Shown here: positions 45,873 through 54,837 of the stretch, piece by piece | Position numbering within the stretch: position 1 is the stretch's first letter | Layout of the letters: each line of letters begins with the position of its first letter | Virus record (IMG/VR): IMGVR_UViG_3300038406_000196 | Coordinates: 32,001 to 96,000 of that record | Strand: one strand, 5' to 3' | Origin: a virus | DNA: 64,000 nucleotides | The notes under the pieces: generated by a model | What the model was told of the DNA's origin: nothing | What the model saw: only the letters and a program-made list of their open reading frames with translations | Database searches by the model: none | Translations under genes and position numbers: made by a program

Positions 45873-46361
45873 TCACGGGATGCGGTCAAGTGCATCGACT
45901 GGCCAGCGGGCCTTAGCCCACTGTGCGGCGTCGGCGATCATCGCGGGAAGCTCCGCCGGCGTGTCCAGGGCGGACACTTCGCCGAGTGATACCCAGCGAG
46001 CGGCGCCGACTTCATCGAGCTGTGCGGAGAGGTCTCCCGAGGACGCCCGCAGCACGTAGACAAGGTCGATGTGGCGGTGGAACCCGACCTTGGTGTCGGT
46101 GACGTCCATCTCGACGATCGCGTAGGGCGGGGCGTGGGTGGTGACTGCGGGGTGGGTGAACAGCGGGTCGCTGATGACCTGCGTCTGCAGGCTTGTCTCC
46201 TCCAGCACTTCACGCTGGGCGGCCTGGGCCGGGTCTTCGTTGGGGTCGATGTGCCCGCCGGGGTAGAGCCATTGGCCGAGCTTGTTGTGGTGCACCAGCA
46301 GCACCTGCCCGTGGTCGTCGAAGACGATCGCTGAGGCGGTGAAGTGGCGGATGCCGGTCAT
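45873..46361 (-). CDS. NUDIX hydrolase
   Basis: PGGHIDPNEDPAQAAQREVLEETSL. Confidence 0.9.
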   Translation of the reverse strand: MTGIRHFTASAIVFDDHGQVLLVHHNKLGQWLYPGGHIDPNEDPAQAAQREVLEETSLQTQVISDPLFTHPAVTTHAPPYAIVEMDVTDTKVGFHRHIDLVYVLRASSGDLSAQLDEVGAARWVSLGEVSALDTPAELPAMIADAAQWAKARWPVDALDRIP

Positions 46362-46421
46362 GGTGTAGTTCCTCCGCGGGCGATAGAGGCAACGCGTGGC
46401 GCCGCCGACCAGTTGGGATCG

Positions 46422-46982
46422 CTAGAACAACGACGGGGCTTCCTGACCCTGCAGTGCCTCGACGGTCCCCGCAGACGTGGCGAGGTGCACGAACAGCCGA
46501 GCGGTGACCAGAGCGTCGTACGTCGCCCGGTGGGGCTTCAGGTTAGGCGCGAGGTCGGCGTCCAGGTTCAGGTCGGCGACCAGTGCGCCGAGCCGGTAGC
46601 TGGGCCGGCCCGGCATCAGCCGGCGAGCAAGCTTCAGGGTGTCGAGCACCGTCGGTGGCTGCCAATCGGTGAGCTTGCTCCGTAGGACGCCGACGTCGAC
46701 GTGGGCTGCGTGGGCTACAAGGACGTCCACCGCGAGGGCGTCGCGTACCTCGCTCTCGACGGCGGCGAAGTCGGGAGCGTCTGCCACGTCCTGGTTGGTG
46801 ATCCCGTGGACCTTGGTCGCCATGTAGGCGATCTTCGACGCGGGGCGCAACAGCCACGACGACGGATCTCCGACGTTCCCGCCGACGATGGGGGCCACGG
46901 CCAACTCGACCAGGTCGGGTGGCTGCTGGCCGTTGCCCTCCACGTCAACCACTGCGTATCGGCAGCCCGTCAAGTCGATCAT
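46422..46982 (-). CDS. DEDDh 3'-5' exonuclease
   Basis: DVEGNG, HGIT, VAH...D, DTLKLAR, HRA.YD. Confidence 0.9.
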   Translation of the reverse strand: MIDLTGCRYAVVDVEGNGQQPPDLVELAVAPIVGGNVGDPSSWLLRPASKIAYMATKVHGITNQDVADAPDFAAVESEVRDALAVDVLVAHAAHVDVGVLRSKLTDWQPPTVLDTLKLARRLMPGRPSYRLGALVADLNLDADLAPNLKPHRATYDALVTARLFVHLATSAGTVEALQGQEAPSLF

Positions 46983-47122
46983 CCGATGCAGCCTATGTCA
47001 GCGCGGCCGTGCCTCGGGGCATGATGCGGGTGGCTGATGCTAGGGCGGCGGGAACCCAGTAGCGCCCGCGCGCGGACGCGTTGTGCACCTGCCTGACCAG
47101 CGCCTCTCGAACGTTGGTGCCG

Positions 47123-47299
47123 CTAGTCGCCCTGCGGGTCGTGACGAGGGCAGCCCGGGACGCCGCACCGGCTCCGGTGGCCGGGCCGGCACAGCTGTTC
47201 CAGTTCCTCGCGGCTCATGTCCCGCAGGTCGGCGGTGGCCTCCATGATCCGCTGCTCCCGGTCCGGGTCATCCGGTGGCATCTGGCGTGGGCGGGTCAT
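47123..47299 (-). CDS. Small hypothetical protein
   Basis: ATGA coupling to XRE gene. Confidence 0.55.
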   Translation of the reverse strand: MTRPRQMPPDDPDREQRIMEATADLRDMSREELEQLCRPGHRSRCGVPGCPRHDPQGD

Positions 47300-48498
47300 A
47301 CCGCCAGTGTCTCCCACGGATGCGGACCGGGAGCGGCGTACCCCCGCAGCTCGTCCAGCTCGTCGGAGCGGTGGCCGGCGGGGACCACTGCGAGCAGGTC
47401 GGCAACGCCGAGGCCGACGATCCGTACGTCGCCGGGAAGGGTCCGGGCCGCCAGAAGGGCGTAGCGGATGCCGTCGGCAACGTCGCCTGCCCGGACCATC
47501 GCCAACCCGTAGTAGATCTTGGCGTCGGCGTGCCACACCGGCAAGCCACGCAGCAGCGGCTCGGCGTCGGCCCACACCCGCTGCACCGCAGGCCACGGGC
47601 CGGTGCGGCACTCCAGGTAGTGGGCGAACTGCATGGTCCGCTGCACCGCCCCGCCGGGGGTTTCGGCGTCGGGGAGGTGCTCGGCGAGGTCACGCATCCC
47701 ACCGACCGCCTGCCGGCCGGCGGCAAGGTCGCCGGTGAGGGCGTGGACGTGCACCAGCGCCGAGTACGCCTCCACCGCGCCCAAGCTGGCGAGTCGGCTG
47801 AGTGTCAGCGCCTCGTCGGCGCGGGTCACCGTCTCGGTCACCGTGGCACCTTCGTACAGGCTGCGGGATGCGGTCCGGCCGCGGGTCCACACCTGCACCG
47901 GCTTGTCTCCAGCCCGGTCGGCCAGCGCAGTGGCGGTGCGGTACCAGCCCCATGCGTCGGGGATGTCGCCGGCGTTGCCGCGCCACAGCCCGTACAGCTG
48001 CCCCAGCTGGGCTGCGGCGCGGGTGATCTCGGGGGTGGGCTTGTCGGCGAGCTGCTGGCGGGCGACCATCAGCTGCCCGACGAGCGACTGGCCGTAGGCG
48101 GGCGACGGGTCGACGGCGAGCCGGCGGGCATAGTCGCCGACCACCGCGTCCCAGTCGGTTGGCTGGTCGGCGTTGTCGAGTAGCCCGTTGCGGACGATGC
48201 CTGCCAGCGCTTCCAGGCCGGGGAGTCCAGCTCCACCTGCGGTGGTGATCCCGGCCAGTAGTGTCCTGCGCCTCATGACGTCTCCCTCCATCTCCAGCCC
48301 CACCAGCGTGGTCAGCAGCGGGGTAGTACCGAGCGCGCGGTCACACGCTGCGGCGAGTTCGGGTGTGGCTCGTCGCTTCCCGGTCTCCACGTAGCTGATC
48401 AACTGCTTGGTCGTGTATGCGCGTGCTGCCAGGGCTGCCGTGCTGAGTCGCGCGGCAACCCGAATTGATCTCAACACGTCGCCGACGGATTCCGCCAT
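47296..48498 (-). CDS. XRE HTH regulator with helical-repeat C-terminus
   Basis: N-terminal HTH (ISYVETGKRR..PELA.ACDRAL), MRRRTLL linker. Confidence 0.85.
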   Translation of the reverse strand: MAESVGDVLRSIRVAARLSTAALAARAYTTKQLISYVETGKRRATPELAAACDRALGTTPLLTTLVGLEMEGDVMRRRTLLAGITTAGGAGLPGLEALAGIVRNGLLDNADQPTDWDAVVGDYARRLAVDPSPAYGQSLVGQLMVARQQLADKPTPEITRAAAQLGQLYGLWRGNAGDIPDAWGWYRTATALADRAGDKPVQVWTRGRTASRSLYEGATVTETVTRADEALTLSRLASLGAVEAYSALVHVHALTGDLAAGRQAVGGMRDLAEHLPDAETPGGAVQRTMQFAHYLECRTGPWPAVQRVWADAEPLLRGLPVWHADAKIYYGLAMVRAGDVADGIRYALLAARTLPGDVRIVGLGVADLLAVVPAGHRSDELDELRGYAAPGPHPWETLAV

Positions 48499-48804
48499 GA
48501 TCGGACCTCTTTGTTGACCGCTGTTGACGGTTGGGGTCTTTGTCCCACGATAGGTGAGCGGCAGGCTACCAGGTAGAGGTGATGGCCGTCACGAACGGCG
48601 TCCGTAGGGCTCCGGCCCGGCCATCACCTCGGGGCCTGGACCTTCCCGCCCGCGCCGGCTGCCTCCCCCAGGGGCCGGAGCGACAGCGGCCTCACAAGCT
48701 GCGGGGTTCAGTCCTCCGCCAGAGACGGGGGTGCGGGCGATCCGGCCGGATTGTCCCCGCACCCCCGTCCCCAGACGCGAGAGGTGGAACCGTTGAGCGC
48801 GAAG

Positions 48805-49137
48805 CTATCTCACGACGTGCACGTATGCCCTCACGAAGAACGACTCCACCATCGCCGCGTGCAGATGACCGGCCACGGCGACATCGCCCTCGATCCCACA
48901 CACCACGTGCACGTGGACCTGGCCGTCCACGACCTCCCCGGTGCCGGTCAGCTCGCCCGGCTGGTCGTAGACGGTCACGATGTCCCGGGTGGCGTCGTGC
49001 GCGGCCATGGTGGAGATCACGAACGAGTCGACACCGCCGACCAGCTGCATGCCCGCGTTGCGGATCCCGCGTTCGGCGACCGCCTTCCGCAGCTCCTCCA
49101 CCACATCACCTTCGCGGATGTCAATCAGAATCGTCAC
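48805..49137 (-). CDS. PPC (DUF296) domain protein
   Basis: GE...G.VHVHVV......AGHL. Confidence 0.8.
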   Translation of the reverse strand: MTILIDIREGDVVEELRKAVAERGIRNAGMQLVGGVDSFVISTMAAHDATRDIVTVYDQPGELTGTGEVVDGQVHVHVVCGIEGDVAVAGHLHAAMVESFFVRAYVHVVR

Positions 49138-49855
49138 GTAGCGCTCCCGTCACGGCTAGGGCCATGGCTCTGATGTTCTCCTTGGACTGCTCCACACGCA
49201 TCGCCTCGACGATCGCGGCCGAGTGCTCGGTGCCTGACATCAGCCACGCCGCGCACCAGCGGGCCCCGGAGTCGGCCGGGTTGGTCAGCTCGGCCACCAG
49301 GTGCAGCGGGTCGACCCCGACCCGCTGGCGGACCGCAGCCAGGTACAGCCGCCGCGTGTCCGCGTCGCGTAGCAGGGCAAGGGCCACCTCGTCGGCCAGC
49401 TCCGGCGAGCCCGTCTTCGCCAAGATCCCGGCAGCGTTCACCCGCAGCACCGCGCTGGAACCGTCGTGGAGCCAGGACAGCAACTGGGCGACCGACTTGG
49501 TTTCCCGGACGGCGAGCCGCTGGATCGCGTGGTCGACCGCGTGTGTCGTCTGGACGGTCGCCAACGGTCCGTCGTCACCGGCGGCGACCGTCGAATACAT
49601 GTCACGGGCGGTGGATGCCTCGTCGGCGCCGACGGCGATAGAGCCGACGAGGGAGACAGCGGCGAACTGGAACAGGTGGCGTCGATGCATGGACAGAGCC
49701 CTCTCGTATGCCTGGATCACGGCGGGTGATGCGGTGCGCCTGCCGGCTTCCACGTTGTGGAGGTGCCCCTTGGAGATGTGGCCGATCGCAGCCACGTCGC
49801 CGAGGGACATACCGGCAGCATCGCGAGCCTGCCTCAGTAGGTCGCCTACGGCCAT
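49121..49855 (-). CDS. XRE HTH regulator with HEAT-like C-terminus
   Basis: LRQARDAAGMSL..VA...ISKGHLHNVEAGRR. Confidence 0.85.
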   Translation of the reverse strand: MAVGDLLRQARDAAGMSLGDVAAIGHISKGHLHNVEAGRRTASPAVIQAYERALSMHRRHLFQFAAVSLVGSIAVGADEASTARDMYSTVAAGDDGPLATVQTTHAVDHAIQRLAVRETKSVAQLLSWLHDGSSAVLRVNAAGILAKTGSPELADEVALALLRDADTRRLYLAAVRQRVGVDPLHLVAELTNPADSGARWCAAWLMSGTEHSAAIVEAMRVEQSKENIRAMALAVTGALRDDSD

Positions 49856-50053
49856 GATCCGCTCCGATCTGAATACGCCTGAATACGCCGAGAGTCTTCA
49901 GGTCTTGAGAGCTGCGTCACAGACTACCGGCATGGCCGGTACGGCGCCGGGACGTTCCTTACGGCGAGGAAGTCCGTACCGGCCAACCCCAGACCGGGGG
50001 TGCGGCACCCGCCCGATGCCGCACCCCCACCCCCCCCGGACGGAAGGTGGACC

Positions 50054-50419
50054 GTGAGCGCGAAGCGCCCCCGTGGCGAGACATACATCGCATCCGGTGC
50101 CGACATCACCCTGCTCCAGCACAGCGCCCTGCAACATGCACCAGAGGAGCTGGTGTCCATGGTGCTCCGGGAGGCTAACCGGGTGCCGCTGTACGCGATG
50201 GGCATCAGGGGTCAGCAGCTCGGCGGCAAGATCGTCACCCATTCGATCGTGGCGGACGGACGCAGCCTCGGCTTCCTGGTCGGGCTCATCGACGCCCGCA
50301 TCCACGAGGCGGAGGCCCGCAGGTCCGGTGAGCTAGCCCGCTACATCTCCGGCAAGGACCAGGCCAGCGGAGCGGTCCGGATGGTGCCCGGCGCTGCCAC
50401 GGTGGAGTGGACGCAGTGA
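50054..50419 (+). CDS. Hypothetical protein
   Basis: GAAGG RBS. Confidence 0.65.
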   Translation: MSAKRPRGETYIASGADITLLQHSALQHAPEELVSMVLREANRVPLYAMGIRGQQLGGKIVTHSIVADGRSLGFLVGLIDARIHEAEARRSGELARYISGKDQASGAVRMVPGAATVEWTQ

Positions 50420-50706
50420 GCGCGATAGGCCCTTACCCGAAGGTCACCGAGGTCTGGAAGATCCCCGAGTTCGACCCCCGTAGCGGCAACCACTTCTGGC
50501 TCACCTATGCCGGCTATGCGGTCGATCCCTCCACTTGGGCACACGGGGAGCAGGCGGTCCTCAGTGAGGAGACCCTCGTCATGCTGTCCGGCCCTGCCTG
50601 CTGGTACTGCAACGCCCCCTACGACCGCCGCCACCCCACCAGACGCTGCAAAGGCAAGCCACAGCACCCAGATCCCCTGACCCCCACCACCGGAGCACGG
50701 CCATGA
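50416..50706 (+). CDS. Hypothetical protein
   Basis: Coupled; CWYC. Confidence 0.65.
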   Translation: MSAIGPYPKVTEVWKIPEFDPRSGNHFWLTYAGYAVDPSTWAHGEQAVLSEETLVMLSGPACWYCNAPYDRRHPTRRCKGKPQHPDPLTPTTGARP

Positions 50707-50930
50707 CAATCCGCACGATTACCTGGTGGTGGCCGTGGAGGCGTGCCGAGCCGCTGCGGGAGACCAACCACGTCGCCCGGATCCCCGACGGGGACCGGGT
50801 GCTCGCACCGGGCCAGCGGCCGTGGGCGGATCTGCTGTGGCCGTCCGCGCTCACCGAAGCCACCCAGCCGCTGCCGGTGATCGCACCGCCGATGACGCCG
50901 CTTGCCCGGTGGCGAGGAGGTCTGCGTTGA
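50703..50930 (+). CDS. Hypothetical protein
   Basis: Coupled. Confidence 0.55.
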   Translation: MTIRTITWWWPWRRAEPLRETNHVARIPDGDRVLAPGQRPWADLLWPSALTEATQPLPVIAPPMTPLARWRGGLR

Positions 50931-51832
50931 GCGACCAGGAGCAGGCAGGCGACGCCCGCCGGGAGCGCGACACGCCACGGCCGCGGACCATCGACGGGGC
51001 GACGCTGCGGTCCGTGCGGACCAGCCAGCGCGTGTCCCTGCGGCGCATCGCCCGCGCGACGGGCATGTCTCACGGCCATCTGTCCGCAGTCGAACGCGGC
51101 GTGTACGGCCGGCTGGTCACCCCGGCGATCATCAACGCCTACGAGAAGACTCTCGGGGTGAAGCTGGCCGAGGTCGCAGCCGGTGAGATCCAGCCAGCTG
51201 CCGGCAAACCGAGACGGCTGCCGTGGCAGTCCGGCCAGATGACCCACGCCGAGCGGCGGCAGCTGATGGTGGAGATCGCGGCCACCTCAGCCGGCGCCGG
51301 GGATGGTACCGCGGCAACACGCCGCCGCCTGGCCCACGCCGGTGCGATGCCGGTCGACCTTGACAATCCGGGGGGCCTTGACGTCCTGGAGCGGGTCGTG
51401 GACACGCTGGACCAGCTTGCCGAGCCGGCTGGTGCGGTGGCGCACCTCCTGCTGAACTGGGCGCTGACACTGCCCGACCTGCTGGTAAACGATCGGCTGC
51501 ACGGTGTCGTGTTCCCCCCGGAGGTGCAGGCTCGGGTGCAGGCGGTGATCTCCCGGCTTGCCAGACGCGCCGCGCACGGGGCGCAGGCCGGCGGCCGGCA
51601 GGAGGCTGCCCGCAGCCTCTACCTGCTCGCGCTGGCGGCGGCGGCCGACGACCCGGACCTGCGCGGCGAGGCACTGGCAGACCTGGCCCAGCAGCACGTG
51701 ACAGTGGGCTACCCGGAGGATGCTCTGGGCGTGATCCGCCTGGCCGAAGGTGACGAGCGGATCGGCGAGACGACCCGAGCCCGGCTGAAGGCGGTCAGGT
51801 CCGAGGCTGAGGGGACGGAGGAGCCCAGCTGA
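50927..51832 (+). CDS. XRE HTH regulator
   Basis: LRSVR..QRVSLRRIARATGMSHGHLSAVERG. Confidence 0.85.
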   Translation: MSDQEQAGDARRERDTPRPRTIDGATLRSVRTSQRVSLRRIARATGMSHGHLSAVERGVYGRLVTPAIINAYEKTLGVKLAEVAAGEIQPAAGKPRRLPWQSGQMTHAERRQLMVEIAATSAGAGDGTAATRRRLAHAGAMPVDLDNPGGLDVLERVVDTLDQLAEPAGAVAHLLLNWALTLPDLLVNDRLHGVVFPPEVQARVQAVISRLARRAAHGAQAGGRQEAARSLYLLALAAAADDPDLRGEALADLAQQHVTVGYPEDALGVIRLAEGDERIGETTRARLKAVRSEAEGTEEPS

Positions 51833-52164
51833 TGGCGATCTACATGGGTAGCGACGGAACTATGGTCATCTCCTCTGGTGGCCAGGTGATCGTCAGCGAC
51901 GAGAGCAGGCCGCACCCGGCCGTCCGCCACGCCGAGGCCCGTCCGGACTGGACCTGCATCGGCTGTGGTGAGCCGTACCCGTGCGAGCAGGGTCGGACTC
52001 AGCTGATCGCCGCCTACGGCGGGTTCACCGATGCGCTGGCGGTCCGGGGTGTGGAGCTGATGGAGCAGGCGATCGTGGACTTGGACGAGGTGCCGCCAGA
52101 CGAGTTGTGGCGTCGGTTCCTGGCGTGGACCGCGCCGCTCAACGCCCCGGTGGTGCCGGGGTGA
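51832..52164 (+). CDS. Small Zn-binding protein (H..RP.W.C..CG..YPC)
   Basis: Motif recalled as common in Micromonosporaceae; coupled. Confidence 0.7.
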   Translation: MAIYMGSDGTMVISSGGQVIVSDESRPHPAVRHAEARPDWTCIGCGEPYPCEQGRTQLIAAYGGFTDALAVRGVELMEQAIVDLDEVPPDELWRRFLAWTAPLNAPVVPG

Positions 52165-52457
52165 GCGCGCCAACGGTGGACCCGCACAAGCGTGTCGACG
52201 TGGCCGCCCCGGACTCGTACCGGCTGGACGAGCCCGTGTGGGTGTGGCGGCCGGATCCTGACCCGTCACGGCCGGGCCGGTCGCGGACGGGCCGATGGCG
52301 CGAGGGGACCGTGCGGGACAGCGGCTGGCTTGCGGTGCAGGTGGACTTCTGCCCGGCGGGCGGCGGCACCGCAACGGACGCGGTGCGGGCCGAGTACGTG
52401 ATGCGCCGGGAGCCGGCCGAGAGCAGTGCATCAAGCGATGCGGATCAGGCGGGGTGA
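52161..52457 (+). CDS. Hypothetical SH3-like protein
   Basis: GTGA coupling. Confidence 0.6.
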   Translation: MSAPTVDPHKRVDVAAPDSYRLDEPVWVWRPDPDPSRPGRSRTGRWREGTVRDSGWLAVQVDFCPAGGGTATDAVRAEYVMRREPAESSASSDADQAG

Positions 52458-52684
52458 TCCTCGCGAACCCGCACACCGACGCCCTGCTCGCCGTCGTGAA
52501 TCCAGCCCTCGGCGCGGAGTTGCCGCATGGCGGCCAGCACGGTGCCGTAGCTGACATCATGCTGGTCGCCGAGTTTCGCGTAAGACGGCAGCCAGCGGCT
52601 CCCGTCTTTCTCGACCCGCAGCCCTTTCCCGGTACGGATCTGATCGCGGATGGCCTCGGCCACCCGCTCCCACCTGGTAGCCAT
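52445..52684 (-). CDS. GntR-family wHTH regulator
   Basis: WERVAEAIRDQI...LPSY.KL...HDVSYGTV..A...L..EGWI...QGVGV.V. Confidence 0.85.
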   Translation of the reverse strand: MATRWERVAEAIRDQIRTGKGLRVEKDGSRWLPSYAKLGDQHDVSYGTVLAAMRQLRAEGWIHDGEQGVGVRVREDHPA

Positions 52685-53065
52685 CGTTGTCTCCCTGCGT
52701 CGCAACAGGGATTTGACCATGCGCACCGCCTCTGTGTCTACCGGGTCGATCGTGTCAGCCATGCACGCAGGATTGACTATGTTGACATAGTAGCTGTGAC
52801 GGCGGTAACGTCCCGCGTGTCCCCTTGCGTCGCAGCTTGGGAGACACGCGGGCCGCCGCGGTGGGGAACGACTGCGGCGGCCGGCCCAACACCACACACA
52901 GACCCCGACCCGGGGTGTCTAGCGCCCTCCCCGCCCCATGGGGAGTGCTGTGCGGCCCCGGGTCGGGCCCATCCCGACAAGCGCCTGGCCGCTGCGGCGG
53001 ACCGCGAGAGCCGGAGTTCTCTGCAGGTCACCGCAGCGGCCAGGCCCCTCACCCCCGGAGGGACC

Positions 53066-53335
53066 GTGGCCGAGCAGCTGACGATCAGCCTGGAAGACGC
53101 GCAGGAGACCTGCGATCGGGTGTACGCGACCGAGGCGCTGGCTGCGGTAGCCGGTGAGCGGCTACGCCGGGCTGGTTACCGCGTCAACCGGATCGTCGCC
53201 CAGCGGCTCCGCGAGGACGGCATGCGGCGGGTTGCTGTGGTGCTGCACCCCGACGGTAGCCCGCTTGGTGAGCTGGTTGCGGTGCCGAAGCCGGTCCCGC
53301 CGCAGCGGCGGGCCGACCCTGGCGAGCCACGGTGA
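53066..53335 (+). CDS. Hypothetical protein
   Basis: GGAGG RBS. Confidence 0.65.
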   Translation: MAEQLTISLEDAQETCDRVYATEALAAVAGERLRRAGYRVNRIVAQRLREDGMRRVAVVLHPDGSPLGELVAVPKPVPPQRRADPGEPR

Positions 53336-53556
53336 CCCCCGCCGCCGACGCTCCCCGTCGGTACCGGGCCTACGTCGTCGGGTACGCCGAACACGACGGT
53401 GGGCCCCGCGTCTACCGGGTGGACATCACCGACACCGACGGCACGCCGACGGAGATCGCAAGCCTGACGCCGGACGAGGCGCGGGCGTTGGCGGCGGAGC
53501 TGGTCGACGAGGCGGCCCGCGCCGATCGGCTGCAGGCCGGCGATCCCAGCGAGTAA
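53332..53556 (+). CDS. Hypothetical protein
   Basis: GTGA coupling. Confidence 0.65.
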   Translation: MTPAADAPRRYRAYVVGYAEHDGGPRVYRVDITDTDGTPTEIASLTPDEARALAAELVDEAARADRLQAGDPSE

Positions 53557-53645
53557 CCCCCTTGAGCCCCCCGGCCGGTGCGCACAGTCCCCGCGAAAGG
53601 CAGCACACCGGTCGGGGATCCACCCCCTACTAGGAGGTAACCCCG

Positions 53646-54716
53646 ATGATCTCACCTGATGTCCGGCTGCACCGCCGGACCCTGCTCGGCGCGGCTGCGG
53701 CAGCCCCAGCGGCCATCGCCCTAGCCGCGTGCTCCGACGACGAGCCCGCCACCGCCAGCGGACCACCGGACAAGGTCACGTACACCACCAACTTCGGGCA
53801 GCTCGGCCGCGACGCCTACGCCTATGTGGCCCTGGACAAGGGGTTCTTCGCCGAGGCCAACCTGGACGTGACCATCGAACCCGGCGCCGGGACGAACCCG
53901 AACCTGGTCGCGCTCCTGTCCGGCCGCGCGCAGTTCACCGTGATCGACATGGCGGGTGCGATCATCTCCCACGGCAACACGGTCGAAGACCGTGAGGGCG
54001 GGTCGGCGGAGGCCGAAGGCTATGCGGCCCTGGCGGCAATCCAGCAGCTACCGCTGGCGGCGGTCATGGCCTACGACGACTCGGGGATCGCCTCTGTGCA
54101 CGATCTGCCGGGCCGCCGCGTCGGGTTCCCGGCAGGGGCGGTGACGGAGCTGCTGTTCCCGGCGTACGTGCAGATCGCCGGGGTCGACCTCGGCGAGGTG
54201 GAGTTGGTGTCGTTGGACCCGCCGCAGCTGGTGCCGGCGCTGGCGGCCGGGCGGGTCGACGCGATCGGCCAGTTCGTGGTGGGTGAGTCGCTGGTCGCCG
54301 CCGCTGGGGACGGCCGCGAGGTGGTGGTGCTGCCGTACAGCGAGTACGTGACCGACCTGTATGGAGTGACCCTGTTCACCACCACCGCACTGGCCGAACA
54401 GGAACCGGACCTGTGTGTCCGGTTCCGCACGGCGCTGCTGCGCGGGCTGGAGTACGCGATGGCCAACCCGTCCGAGGCCGGGCAAATTCTCGCCGAGCAC
54501 AACCCCGAGGCCGACCCCGAGGTAGCCGCCAGCGAGGTGGCCGCCATGATCCCCTACGCGCAGGTGCTGGAGCCCAACCGGCAGCTGGGCGACCTGGATG
54601 AGGTCCGGATGGTGCTCAGTCTGGGCATCATGCAGGGGGCTGGGCTGTCCCGGCCAGGCATGCACCCGGACGACCTGGTCGCGTGGGAGCTGACCCTACG
54701 TCCCGACCAGGACTGA
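53646..54716 (+). CDS. ABC transporter substrate-binding lipoprotein (NMT1/THI5, NitT/TauT class)
   Basis: RR + LAAC lipobox; YVALDKGFF..ANLDV.I.PG.G; AGGAGG RBS. Confidence 0.9.
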   Translation: MISPDVRLHRRTLLGAAAAAPAAIALAACSDDEPATASGPPDKVTYTTNFGQLGRDAYAYVALDKGFFAEANLDVTIEPGAGTNPNLVALLSGRAQFTVIDMAGAIISHGNTVEDREGGSAEAEGYAALAAIQQLPLAAVMAYDDSGIASVHDLPGRRVGFPAGAVTELLFPAYVQIAGVDLGEVELVSLDPPQLVPALAAGRVDAIGQFVVGESLVAAAGDGREVVVLPYSEYVTDLYGVTLFTTTALAEQEPDLCVRFRTALLRGLEYAMANPSEAGQILAEHNPEADPEVAASEVAAMIPYAQVLEPNRQLGDLDEVRMVLSLGIMQGAGLSRPGMHPDDLVAWELTLRPDQD

Positions 54717-54837
54717 CCTTGCTCCCATGTGGGACGTGCCGCGACCGGGGTCCGGGTCAGCGACAGCCGCACGACCCACGGCTCCACCCCGGCCGGACAC
54801 GTCCGGCCGGGTGGAGCCGTGACCCGGAGGTGCTTCG

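Noticed and set aside
53560-53640. Riboswitch upstream of the THI5-like binding protein
   Set aside because: Only a simple stem; TPP riboswitch consensus motifs not found
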